Under the pieces are notes generated by a model. The model worked only from the letters and a program-made list of their open reading frames with translations, was not told where the DNA came from and did not search any database. From Geosiphon pyriformis uo1 (lineage: Eukaryota > Fungi > Glomeromycota): 64,000 bases of DNA. The stretch's first letter is position 1. The number at the start of each line of letters is the position of its first letter. Positions 1-13,200 of this stretch are shown one piece after another. Location of the stretch: positions 346,582 to 410,581 of the forward strand of contig JAAOMT010000571.1 in assembly GCA_016748015.1 (NCBI GenBank), given 5' to 3'. A program made the position numbers and the translations under genes.

Positions 1-1290
1 ATACTTGATATTGTTATAATTGAGTTCTTGGAAGTAGGTGGCAAGTGTTTCACTGTTAAGGTCTTCAGTTTCTAATCGTGAATAGTGTGCTAAATTATTG
101 TAGAGATTGCTTCTAACTTCTGAAATATTGTAATTTCCAAGAAGATAATTGTTGATACAATTTTCAATATATAGATAAAGTGTTCTTTTGACAATTTCAA
201 TTCCGTCTGGAATGTTGAATCTTTGCTTTCAATGAGTGTAAATTGACTGGTAATACTCTAGAGTTGCTGTGTCTGGTGTGGTTGCTACTTTGAATTTTGT
301 TGTTGCTGTGTTATTTCCATGGGAAAGCACCAAATGTTACTGAAGGTTTTTGGTTTCTTTTCTTGAATGTTGTAACTGTCTGTTGGTTGCAAATTCACGT
401 TTTCTAGAAGTAGTTGGACCTCCAGTAACTGAATTTATCTTTAAATTATCTCCTATAATTTGAACTGCTGGGCTTATAAGTGGAATGGCCAATTCCTTGC
501 CAGTTACTTTATGTAGTTACATTGTAGTAAATGTCAACTCTTTCTTAGGAATTGCTCGTCTGGAAGCTCACTAAAAATATGTAGTTATTTTGCTGTGAAA
601 GTCAACTTTTTTACAGGAATCTCATCTGTAGGCTACCCTAATAATCATAATAAGAAAAGAAAAGAAAAATAAAAAAATGTAAAAGAAATATGATTTTATT
701 AAGGGAAACGTTTTCTATCTAGATCTGGAGTCACTAACAGTTTACTGAAATTAGTCGCTAATCAATTTTAAAACGTTAATTGGGTTTTTGGGGATTTTCC
801 AAATGCAATAATTAAAGAATTTGGTTTTTTGAATTATTTAATATTTATTTCTTTTTGTGTGTGTAGAAATAGTTTTAAGTGATAAATCTAAAGTAAGATA
901 CATTTTCTCAAAGAAAGAAGCTTTTCTTTTATACAACTTGTTATAACACTATTCTATGAAATTGAACTTTGATATTTTCTACAATTTCGCTAAACTAAAG
1001 ATATATTTCAGTGAATTACAAGTTATTTCTGTAAACTATTAGATATTTTGGTGAACTATCAATTATTTTGGCAAATTTCTACAAATTTCAGTGAACTTTT
1101 TGAATGTTACATAGTTTGGGGTATTGCATGATTGATCATTACAATTAGGTTACATTTATGTTATATGCAAATTGGGTTATTAATTAAATAATAATTTCGA
1201 ACATTTTGCTAATGTAATAAGTGATAATTTGAACAATAATATATGCTAATTAATAATAGAAATTATAAAGATAATTTCATGTTAAATAAT
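1..1290 (-). mobile_element. 5' end of an LTR retrotransposon (family 2): ~1 kb LTR (335-~1290), PBS and start of a gag-like ORF running off the window
   Basis: On the minus strand the LTR ends ...CAGTAACA (335) and is followed by a TGG-initiated PBS, TTTGGTGCTTTCC. An ATG then opens a nearly intact frame (MEITQQQTKFKVATTPDTATLEYYQSIYTH*KQRFNIPDG...). The LTR sequence recurs as a decayed copy at 25451-26420. Confidence 0.7.
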
Positions 1291-4200
1291 ATCTTTAATT
1301 TTGTCTGGTAACATTGCTGAATTGGGGCAGGCTGAGCTATTGGTGTCAAAATGATCATTCCTCATTGGAAAAGACTCAGTTTGTGTGGCTATGACTGTGG
1401 AAAATTGTGATACATAGGTGTTTAGAGATTGCTTCAGAGCGCTTCTGTTTATTTTGCTGGTGGAAACAACTGTGTATAATCTTGGCACTCTTTTGGATGG
1501 GGCTGGTGGTAGAACTTGCATTATTAATTATTCTTTGGATACTGGTAATAGATTTTACTGTGCTGTGGTCAGCTTTGAATCTAAAAGAGATTTGGATTTT
1601 GCCTTTCACACTGAGCCTAATTTTGGTGGTGTGCGACTCTTTTGGGCTAAATTGGATTTGGTTCAGTACAAAAGGAGTGTTTTGGACATTCAGTGCTTAA
1701 ATGTAATGCTTCTGCTAATAATATGCCATCATCATCTTTGGCTAAATCTTTTAAAGGTTTTGTTTCTAAGAAAAGATGTCTCCAGCTGGCCAAATTATAT
1801 CAAAAGAAGGATGTTCCGATCTCTCACTCTGTTGCTTTTGGTGGAAAATCCTGGGCCCAAGTGGTCTCAGTGGCAACCCTTTTCTTTCATGACTTTTCTG
1901 CTGGTTCTGGCTTAGGTTCTCTCCTTCCTTTACATCATGGCTTTGGTGATGTTTCTTCTTTGAATGACTGCTTGGCTTCTTTGGAATGCTTATTAAAGCT
2001 TCTTTCTAACTGGGTGTCTACCATTATTAGGCATCTTGCCAGTGTTGAACTGGTGCCTCTGGTGTTCTCATCTCTTACTTCTCCTCTCAACACTTCTGCA
2101 TTTTCAGCTTTGAGTTTAGACTTGGATATGGTTTTGGATGGCACTTCAATGTTGTCTGCTCCTCATTCCTTTTTTGCTGTTATTGTTGGTAAGCCTACTC
2201 TTGGTTCGAGTAGTTCTAAGGTTCTCACTGGCAAGGTGAATGGTTTGGAATTTAAGTTAGCATTCTTAGAAGCTTCTATTGGTTCAGTGTTGGCTTGTTT
2301 AAATAATATGTGCTTTAGTTTGGGTGCTCCTTTGTCTTCTTCATCCCAATAAATAACCTGGTTTGGAAATTCGCTATGTGTAATATTTGGGGTCTCAATG
2401 TTTTTGCAAAGCAAGTGGATGTTCTCTATTGGCACGTGAATTCTGGCTTTACAATCTTTTTTGTAACTGAAATGAAATTAAGATCCTCTGTTGGTCCATG
2501 GATTAAGGATAAATATGAAGGTGTTTGTATCTTTACTTCTGGGTTGGATGTTGGTTTTCTTGGTGCTGGTATTGCCATCATTATGAACAATTCTTTGGCT
2601 TGTCATGTCTCTAAGGTTGAGGAAGTTTCTGGCCAAGTTGTTGCTGTATGGCTTCTGTTCAAGAATAAACTTTCGGTTTCTGTTATTGGGTTGTATGTTG
2701 GTGCTTCTTCTGGTGTTTGTTTTGGTCAGGCTTTTGAGGTAAATTTTCTTATTGCTAAGACTGTTAACTCCAGCACCTTTGTTGTTTTGGGTGAGGACTT
2801 CAACAAAAATAGATCTGGGAGGAGTGCAAGCTTCAGGTTCTGCTCGAGTTTGGGTTTGGTTAATTCATTTTCTGGTCATCTTTTGGTTGGGACTACAACA
2901 TGAGGTAATTCTAGGGGGGTTGAGAGGACTATTGATTTCATTTTTGTTAGTGAGAATTTGGTTTCTGCTGTGGCTGGCCATAGAGTTGGCCTGGTTTTGG
3001 ACTTTTTCGACACCAATCACAATGCTATTAAAGTCTCTGTTGGTTTGGATGGACTCTTGAATGTCTATTTGAATAGCTTGCGCAAACAGGCTAATAAAAA
3101 TTGCTGGAAGTTTAATATCAAGGATGCAGATGTTACTGAATGGTTTTGTTTCAGAGACTGTTCCTCTGTCATGGTTTTGGGAATAAAAGATGATTTCCTT
3201 GCTGCTGCTGCTGAGCAAGATCTAGATGCTATGTGGTTTCTACTGAAAAAAGTGTTGGTAGATTCTGCAGATAATATCTTTTCTCAGCATTGGTTCAGTG
3301 AATTTCAGTGTTCAAAAAATAAACAATCCTCTAAGTTTTTGGGCTTGGAATTGCTAATTGTCAAAATTGTCAAAAAGTTTGGCTTGACTGATACCTTTGG
3401 TTTTGATTGTCTTGTAAAAAAATGGTCTATATTGGATGCTGACAAGGCTTTTATGTTGATGGATATGGTCCAATCAGGTCAGAAGAAGGTTGCCATTCTT
3501 AAGTTCTTGTCAATCATCAAAAAAGAGTACAGAAAGTTCAAATTATATGAATCGAAACTGGTACAGGAGGCTTCTATTAGGAAAGCTATTAAAAAACGCA
3601 TGGAAAAGTTTTGTTCTGACAAGGGTAACATGATCAGGAGTGTTTTGAATTGACTCTTTCGAAAGGTTGTGTTGGATCATTTATTCATTGACAATGAGCT
3701 TGTTTTGGAGCCTGAGAAGGTAAAATTGAAAGTTGACAGTATTATGGAAGACTAGACGAGAAGACAGATGGTGCCTTCAGTGCTGCCTGATCTCTGGGCT
3801 CGTCAGTATGCCTCTTTGGCTTATGTTAAGAATGATGCTTTTTCTGATGTTATGAGTGCTATCACTTTGGATAAATTGCTTTTGGTTGTTGGTAGTTTGC
3901 CTAATGGCAAAGCTGCTGGCTTGTCTGGTATTCCTAACAAACTTTAGAAGTAGAGTAGTGAGGAAGTGATGAAATGTCTCTTGGTTTTGTTGAATGTGTG
4001 TTTGTCTGTTGGTTCAGTATCTGCTTTATGAAAGAGGGTCTGGGTCTCAATGATCCCAAAACCTTATAATTGGGATAAAGTTCTGACAAACACTTGCCTC
4101 ATCACTTTGATAGAGACAACCAGAAAGATTCTCTCCAAGATTCTTTCAGATAGAATTTCTTTTGTGTGTAGTAGATTTGGCATTCTCCGTGGTGACAATT

Positions 4201-7165
4201 TCTCAGTGTTAAAAGATACTTCAATACAATCTCCTGTGTTTGCTGTTGGATCAGTGGTTGAAGATGCTCTTCAAAAAAATAGAGAACTTTGATTAGTTTT
4301 GCAAGATATGCGCAAGACATATGATTCTGTTGGTTGGCACTATCTAAGAGCTAATTTGCATCATATCAAAATATGTGGCAGGTTTATTAACTTTTTTGGT
4401 AGCATTTATGAAGACAGGGTTAATAAGGTGATGACTGATTTTGGTCTTTTGAATGATTATAGAGTGCATGATGGCCTTGATTAGGGTGAAGTCTTCTCAC
4501 CTCTTCTTTGGAGAATCTTTTATAACTCACTCTTGTGTAAGGTTAAAAGGCATGAACATTTGTGTGGTTATTGTATTAATACTAAGTTTGTAGTAAGAAC
4601 TGACAGAATTGAGAATAGTGGTGGGATGTCTTCCTTCTTTGCTACTAGTGCTTTTGTGGATGATATGATTTGGATTGGAAATTGTCAAGCTTCTATGTAA
4701 TATGCTTTAAATATTGCTAGTGAGTTCTTTTATATCAATAATATTTCTATAAACAATGAGAAAACAGTAGCTATACCTATTAATCAGGGTGTTAAGATTG
4801 CTACTTTGAGTATAAGTGGTCGGCTGATTTCTATTGCCAGGAAGGGTGAAGCTCACAGATATTTGGGAATTTTTTTGTCAACTAAAGAATTGTCCAAACC
4901 AAGTTTGGTTAAGGCTCACTCAGATGTTCGTTTTTTTGTCAACAAGGTGCTCAGAAAAGTGATTACAGATAAGCAGTTTTCCTATTTGGTGTTGGCTGTT
5001 TTGCAGTCCATTGTTAGTTATGGTACACAGTTTCATCTAGTGTTTGCCACAGGTGAAATGTTTTAGTTAAAAAGGACTTCAGATCCAAGGCATGTCTACC
5101 TCATGATTTTCCTAATGCTGCTCTGCATCATCTTTCTCTGTATGGTCTGAAATCTTTTAAGCAGGTGCAGTCTGAAAGAAAGATGGCTTCTATGGTCTTG
5201 TTTGCTAATACATCTGGTATTTTTGGCTGCTTATTTAAACATAGGTTTTTGGACTTGCAGGTTCTGAGTTGGACCCCTTTGAATCCTTTTCAGTATCCTG
5301 TTAAGTTGTGTGTTAGTCCGGTGAACAATTTTTTAGTAGATGTTGTGAAGATTTTGATGAATATTGATTTCTCTTTGGTAAACAACCTCTTCAATGCTTT
5401 CCATTATCCTGGTTATTTTTCAATGCCTTCGATTCTTGAGAAGTTTTTATACTTCGATTCTGTTTATTCTCTTAAGTGTTTTGGTGTTGCTTTCAGCAAT
5501 CAGCTTTTCGATAAAAAGGGGTTGTTATTGGATTGGAAGACTTTTTGTTGTTGAAAGTGTTTAGATCCATGGGGTCTTGTGCCTCTTTGGTTTACAATTG
5601 CTTCTAAGTACTTTCTGAATCAGAGTTTTTCTTCCTTTCACTCATCTGTTGCTGTCTAACCTGGTGGTTTGAACATTTTGAAGTCTAATATGTTTTCCTC
5701 TGTGCAGAATGGTTTACATGAGATTTGGTTTGGCTATTTTGAGGCGTATATGGATGGGTCTTTGAAGGGGGCTGGATCTGCTGATGTGTCAAGTGGTGCG
5801 GCTGCATATTTCCCAGTTTTGGGATTGGGTGTTGGAGTCAGAGTTTGTGGCCTTTTGTCCTCTACTATGGTGGAGTTGCAGACTGTTGCTCTGGCTTTGG
5901 AATGTGTTTCCTCATCTAGTTCTGTGGTTTTGTATCTCAACAGCCAAGCTGCTATTGATGTGTGCATTTCTGAAATGTTGCTTGAAGTTCTGGATTTCCG
6001 CAATCACTGCTGGGTTGAAAGAAAACATGTTTTCAACTTGATTAGGAATAAGGATCTTAGTGTGAATTGGATCAAAGTCAAAGATTATGCTGGTGTTCTT
6101 GGCAATATGGAAGCTGATAGGTTTGCAGGTGAGGCTGCCTGCTCTTCTTTTGTTTTGCCAATGAGAATATGAGAGCATTTTTTGGTGGCTGATGACACTG
6201 TGGTTTTGGGCAATGCCCACCACTTTGTTAGGGATGTGTTTAGGTCTATTTGTTATGCTTGTTGGGAGGCTGGTCCTGGTCGGAATGTGGTTTCAGCTAA
6301 CATGTTGGGGGATTTTGATTGGGCTGCTTCTGCAAAGATCTGACATCCTGACTCACACATGCTTACTGGGTTTATTAGCTGCAAGTCGGCAAATCTTCAT
6401 ACATATTTGATGAAGGCATTACATAAGAGATTGCCAGTGGTGGTCAGAAAGAGGCTGTATAATAGATGTTATCCAGATGTTCAGTATTTGTTGTGTAGGG
6501 AGATAGAGCTGCCGGACCATGTTTTTACTTGTTCACAAGATGTTCATATCTGGAGAGAAATTTTGCTGGAGGCTTCTATGCACTGGGCTTTTTTGGTTGG
6601 TGTTTGTGATCTGTCCTCCTCTTTTGTTCTTTAGGTCTTTGATTCTTGTCATTTGGACATTGGCAGATATTTGGTTTTATGTAAGGGTTTTGTGATGAAG
6701 GTTTGGTGTGCTGAGGCAGTGGATGTTTTCGATGATGTTAAGAAGGCTTCCTGTGTTGTGGTTGATTTTGTGAGGTTCTTGGTTGAATTGTATTGATCTA
6801 GAGTCTGGTTGGTTAGATCTAGATTCAGGGTAGACATAGAAAAGGCTGGCTTGGTTGGTGATAATGGTTTGGTGTTGGGTTTGTTCCATTGTGTGTCTTC
6901 TGTGCTTTCTGATGGTGTGGTAAGGATGCTTGACATTGCTGAGTCTTTTGCTATCAGTTTTGGCTATCTTAGGCCTTGCCTCATTTTTTTGGTTCTGGAT
7001 GGTAGACCTCATGTTAATATTAGTGTGTAATGTTGTCTTGTCTGGTCTGAGTGGCTAATCACATGTTGTTGATACGTGAGTTGCATTTAGTTTAGGCCAC
7101 TTAGTTTGGCTTTATGTACTAGATAGCAGTTGGGCTTTACTCATTAAATGCTTAATAAAAAAAAA
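1291..7165 (+). mobile_element. LINE (non-LTR retrotransposon), 5'-truncated and decayed, inserted in the family-2 LTR
   Basis: ORF1 remnant runs to 2352 and ORF2 remnants span 2349-7030. A short 3' UTR and an A-tail (7157-7165) follow. A possible short TSD (AAATAAT) is weak. Confidence 0.93.
2349..7030 (+). pseudogene. LINE ORF2: APE endonuclease - reverse transcriptase - RNase H - C-terminal zinc knuckle, with many stops and frameshifts
   Basis: APE motifs: CNIWGLN, VTEMK, LGEDFN, TIDF, TNHN. RT motifs: QDMRKTYDSV, GLD*GEVFSPLLW, AFVDD, YLGI. RNase H motifs: YMDGS, VELQTV, LNSQAAI, WIKVK..GNMEAD. Decayed CCHC: YLLC..ELPDHVFTC. Confidence 0.93.
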
Positions 7166-7295
7166 TAATTAAACTATAAAACTGTTAGCATTAAATACAA
7201 AAATAGTTTTTTTAAAATTATATTAGCAAAAAATTTAATATTTAAATAAGTTTTTTTCAAATTAAAAATAAAAAAATCATCTATTAACTAGAATA

Positions 7296-8478
7296 TTTTT
7301 TTTTTATATTTAACGAGTAAGATCCAAATACTGTCTAATACAATACATCAAAAAATTGATCTAAACTAGATGTGAATTATGTATTTTCTATATGTAACCA
7401 GCCACTCAAGCCAATTAGGACAACACTAAGCATTTATATAAACAAAGACAGGACTTTTAATACTTGAAAAAAATAAACAAGACTTATAAAATTCAAAACC
7501 AACACCAAATGTCTCATTAATACCTAGTAATTTAACTATATTAGCAGAAAACATTAAAGACAGTCCAGAAACCAAACCCAAAACTGATTTATTATGTGGT
7601 ATCAGTTTATTCTTCTCTATAAAAGTATGATGTTTAGCATAAACCAACCAAACCTTTTTTCTAAAAGCAAAACAGAAGTCATGTACAAAGTCCACAACTC
7701 TTTAACTCACAATTTTGGAATCTTTAAAAACAAATGCAGTCTTCTGAAGCCAATCTTTAAAAACAAAGCCCTTATAAAGAGCTGTATATACTACAGCATT
7801 TGAAACACAGAAGAACAACAATTGTAACATGCATAAAAAAGAAGAGAAAAGACCAGAAAATGCATACTAAACAGCTGCATAAGCATTCAACAATTGACAA
7901 TGAACAGATTTATCAACTATGCAAGAAAAAACATGATTAAAAACCTCAACATTTTTATAATACAAACATAATACACTAGAATAATACTTGTTATACAGGT
8001 ATTTCCAAACAGTAACTGATAATTAACAATACAAAGCTTTCATAAAATACATATAAGTGTCAACAGTAAACTTACTAGTAAAACCAGTAGCCATGTGTGA
8101 ATTGGAATGACACATCAAGAATAAACTAAGCCAATCAATATCTGAGAGTAAACTATTATCCAATATTTCAGACCCAAAACCAACTTCCTAATGCACATAA
8201 TAAATAGACCAAAAGATTCTATAAATAAAATGTCTAGAATTACCAGAAACGACACTACTATTAGCCAAAACACAATGTTTTTTCAAATTAGGAGAAAAGC
8301 ACTAAGGGGAAAAAGAAGCATCATTAGCAAGTGTGTTAGCACATTTGTTACCAAAAATATCTGAGTAATCTTTAACTTTGCACTAGTTAACATCTAAATT
8401 TTTTTTTCTAATAATGTTCATAATATGTTGACACTTGACCCAATACTAATTCCGAAAATCTGAATGCATTAGACCCTA
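7296..8478 (-). mobile_element. Second LINE of a related family, 3' ~1.2 kb only, more decayed
   Basis: Poly-T at 7296-7305 is followed by sequence matching the reverse complement of the first LINE's 3' UTR. ORF 7426-7695 (MDFVHDFC...VFVYINA) parallels the ORF2 C-terminus. The RNase H end (W/CKVKDYSDIFGNKCAN) lies at ~8330-8390. Confidence 0.88.
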
Positions 8479-9347
8479 AAATATTTATAAGTTTTTTTAT
8501 GTTTTATAATTAAAATTAGTATATTACTAATAAAAAAAATGTTTTTTACTTTTTAATTAATAAAAACAATTATAGTTTTATTATTATTAATAAACTTATT
8601 ATATATCTTAATTTTAATTAAATTTTTATATAAATAATATTAATTAACTAAATTATAAGTTTTGTAAAATTAATTAAAGCTTATGTTTTTTTTAAAAATA
8701 TTTTTTATTATTAACTTTATTGTAAAGATTAATAATTAAATTAAAATATCTTTTAAAACCAAAAAATTAATTTTACATATTAAACATAAATTTAACAAAA
8801 TTAAGAATTATTTTAAAACAAATTTATTATAATATTTTTATAATTTAATCAAAAAATTTAACAAACTAATAGTTTTTTATCTGTTATAACTCATAAAAAA
8901 GAAATCATAATAGATAAAAAATAGCCAATAAAAAAAACATAGTAAAAGAAGAAATTCTAAAATTTTTCTTAAAAAATTACTAGATTCTAGAATTCTAAAA
9001 TTCCAAAATTTCTTTAAAAAAAATTGAAAAATTTTAAGAAATCTTATATAACATGAATTATATATATATAATGAAAGTATTAGAAACAGAAAAAAGCATT
9101 CAGAATAAAGAACAATAGTTAAAGACAAGTAATTATCTAATATTTTTTTTACAAAATAGTTTTTTATAACTTAAAGTGAGATCAAACTCATATTAATAAA
9201 ACATTTATTATTATTCAAATTTATGTTCTTATTGTTTGATTAAGAAATATTAATTAATTTTACATTATTAATAATTCTTGTTAATAGAATTTAATACTTA
9301 ACTATATTAAACTAATAGTTTTTAATTATAGTTATTAATAAAATACT

Positions 9348-9378
<31 letters not shown>

Positions 9379-10231
9379 TTTTTATTTTTTTTATTTTTTT
9401 TGGTTTTGTTTTCTTTGTTATTATTAATTGATTAAAGAAATTAAGTACTGAGTAATTGACATTAAAAATAAATTAGTAAAAAATCTGTAAAACAAAAATA
9501 AAAAAAACTTAAGAATAGTTTATTAAAAAGATATAACTATTAGAATAATCCAGTCACCATACTAAAAAAAAAATTCACAGAAAAAAAAATCATTAATTGA
9601 ATTTCTGTTCATTATACAAAAGACTTAACCAAAATTTTTAAACTCTAAAATCTTCAGAAATTACTATTATCAATAGTTATTAAACACCAAATTATAAGTT
9701 TGTTATTTGTTTTAATACTTTAAATAATTATCTGTAATATTTGGTGCTTTCTGTAAAATATAATCTAATAAAAAATTAATATCAATATCTATTATTTAAA
9801 ACAGTAATAGAATCAAAAATAATAGAAACAAATTACTTAAAATTTATAAAAGTTTTATTTTAATAATATCAAACTCACTTTAAACTAACAAGTAACTATT
9901 GACTAACAGAATTAGCTTTCAACTTCTATGTTAATAAAAAAATTATATTCTACTTGGAAAACCAAGAAGATTTAAAAACTGCTCTTAAAAATTTCTACAG
10001 TAAATTACTCTAAAGTATTACATTTTTACAAAATTATTTGTTTACTTTACTAATCACAAAAATAAATTAAAAAATTAAAAATTATATTCTACAAAAATTT
10101 TTTATTGCTTTTACAGACAAAGAAAAAAAATTACAAACTCTAATAAAAACATCAAGAAAAATACAACTGTCTATATAAAAAAAACCAAAAGTTATTTTAT
10201 TTATTCACTTATTATATTATTATATGTCCAG

Positions 10232-13200
10232 TATTACAAATAATTATTTAGAGTATTGAAACAAATAACAAACTCATAACTTGGTGCTTAATAACCGAAA
10301 ATATTAGTAATTTCTAAAGATTTTAATTAAGTTTTTTATATAATGAACAGAGATTTATTAATAATTTCTTCTGCAAATTTTTTTTCAGCATAGTAGCCAG
10401 TTTATTTTGACAGTTATGTTTTTTTGGTAAGCTATTCTTAAATTTTTATTTTTGTTCTCAAATTTTTTACTAGGCTATCTTTAACATCAAATACTTAACA
10501 CATTATTTCTTTAATTAATTAATAAACAACAAAAAAAAATTTAATATTTTATTAATAGTCATAATTAAGAGCTATTGTTCTAATATAATTAAATATTAAA
10601 GTTTATTAATATAAATTATTAATATTGATATAATTTTATTTCAAGTCATAAAAAACTATCTTTTAAAAGAAAAAGTATAGGATAAGTAGTTATCATTAAC
10701 TACTATTTTGTTTGAGTCAAATACTTTTTCTGTTTCTAATATTTTCACTATATATATATATAATTTGTATTATATAAGATTTTAAAATCTTGCAATTTCT
10801 TAAAAAGAATTCTGAAATTCTGAAATTTTGCAATTTTGCAATTTTGCAATTTTTTAAAAAAAATTCTGATTTTCTTCTTTTTATTATACCTATTTTTGAT
10901 TGACTATTTTATTTATTATTATAATTACTACTTTTTATAAGTAATATTATTCCCTTCTTTTAATATTGAACTTTATCAAGATTTTCTAAATCTTTTAAAT
11001 TTTTTTTTGAATTAGTTTTATCACTTTTTTTTCAAGAATTGTTTTTGTAATTCTGGTTTGTAATTTGTCAAATTGGGTATTGGTTAGTTTTTCTAGTTGA
11101 TTAATAGTTACTGTATTTATTGTTAGGTGTAACAATATTTTTGATTCATCTTAAAATCCCATTTATAGTCAATAGATTGTTCTTATATATGTGAATAAAT
11201 TGCTTTTTTTCACAACTTGTTCAATTTGTTATAATATAGTCATATTAAACATTTTTTTGGTTTTATTTATATATAAGTTCTAAATATTTAATTTTTGTCT
11301 CAACTAATAATAACAAAAGTTTTTAAGAATTTGTTGTGTCCATTGGTTTTAAATTTTTAGTAGTATTTTTTTATTTAGTATTATTATTTTTGAAGTTTTT
11401 AATATCTTTTTTACTTTTTCTATTATTTTGTTTACTGAATTTTTAGAAGTATAATATCTGAGATATTGTTCTTTTCTTTGAAATTTTTGAGTTATTTTTT
11501 TGTCTTTATATTAAATTGTTTATTTGTTAATAGTAACTTTTAAACTCAATTTTTAATATTAGATAAATTGTAATAGTTGTTATATAAATAAGTAAATATT
11601 GTCAATAATTTCTATTTTTCTGTTTGCTTTTGTTGTATGTATTGGTTCTTTATATACTGTTTTTATAGATTAATTTGACATGTTTGTGTTAATAATTATA
11701 ATTGGTTTTAAATTTTGTAAAATTTCATCTGGTTAGATTAGTATTTATTGTATTTTTAGTTGTAAAATATTATTGATAGATGATAATACTATATTGTGAT
11801 ATGATTTTAGTCAATTCTCATGTGTTGTTTTAGCTAAAATTTTGTTGTTTCATCTTAATTTATAAGTTCTATTTTCTAAAATTTCTTTAATGTAAAATAG
11901 TCTATTCTATTTAGAATCAAATTTTTCACTTTATTGTTTTTTTATTTTAATATAATGTAAAAGTATTTTGTCTTCAATTCTGAATTCGACTGGTTTATCT
12001 GATAATTAGTATTTTTTTTGGTCTTTTTTATGATTGCTTTTTTATGAAAATGTTCTGTTAATAGATCTGAATGCATATTAAACAGTATTGGTTTTTTTCT
12101 GGTTCTGTGATTACTTTGAGTAACTGGTCTAAATCTTTTCTGTTTTTTTAATATAGTATATTTTGGTAAGTAATAAAGTATTTTAATTGCTATTTTATGT
12201 TGTTTTGTTTTTTTTAAGATAATTTCTTCTCAAATTGTTGAATATTAATATAATATTGAAATTGTTAATATTTTTATGTATTTATCTTTTGTTATATTTT
12301 TGGATTAAAATGTTTAGATTTGTTTTATTTGTAACAAACTGTTGGCATTTCTATTTTTTTTCTTTTTTATAATATATAATATAATTAAATAATAATAGTT
12401 TTATTTTTTATCTTGTATGATAATTGTCTTTAAATTTTTGTTTTTGAATTGATGTTAATCTTTTGTGGTTAGTGTATATATTAAATTTTTGACTTAAGTA
12501 TTTTTTTTATTTGATGACAGTCTAATAAATAACTAAATATTCTAATACTAAAGTTTTATAATTCTTTTTGGCTGGACTTAAACTTCTGCTGGCATATGTC
12601 ATTAAATGTTCTTATTTATTGGCTCTTTTTTGTAACAATATGGTTCTCAATACTTGATTAAATGCATCAGTAGTGATAATAAATAGCTTGCTGTAATTTG
12701 AATAGATTAATACTAAAGCCTAAATAAACTTTTTTTTTAAGATATTGAAAGCTTCTTGTTAAGTTTTAGTTTATTTATATTTAGCATTTTTTGCTTAAAA
12801 CTAATAAAATGACTGAATTAATTTGGAGAAGTTTTGAATAAAACAGTAATAATATTTAGCAAATTCCAAGAATGCTCTTAATTTTGTAAGATTTATTGGT
12901 ACTAAAAAGTTTTTGATTATTTTAATCTTGTTTAAATTTGTTTTTATGCTATTTTTGTTCACAACATGACCCAAAAACTTGAATTCAGTTTTGTCAAAAA
13001 AGTATTTGATTACATTTAATTTCAATCTAACTTTTTTTAACTTTTCAAATACTTGTTAAAAATAATAAAGATGATTATCAAATGTTTTTGAAAATACATT
13101 GGTAATATTTAAGTAAATTACTATAAATTTCTATAGCAATTTAGTATAAACAATTTTTATAAGTCATTAAAAAGTGGCTGAAGTATTGGTTAAGCCAAAA

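Noticed and set aside
985-1100. ~20-bp periodic repeats resembling a CRISPR array
   Set aside because: They are degenerate tandem units inside an LTR, with no unique spacers or cas genes, in a eukaryotic context.
8877-8890. TSD for gypsy copy B
   Set aside because: The left and right flanks do not match without invoking transversions, so the exact 5' boundary is unresolved.
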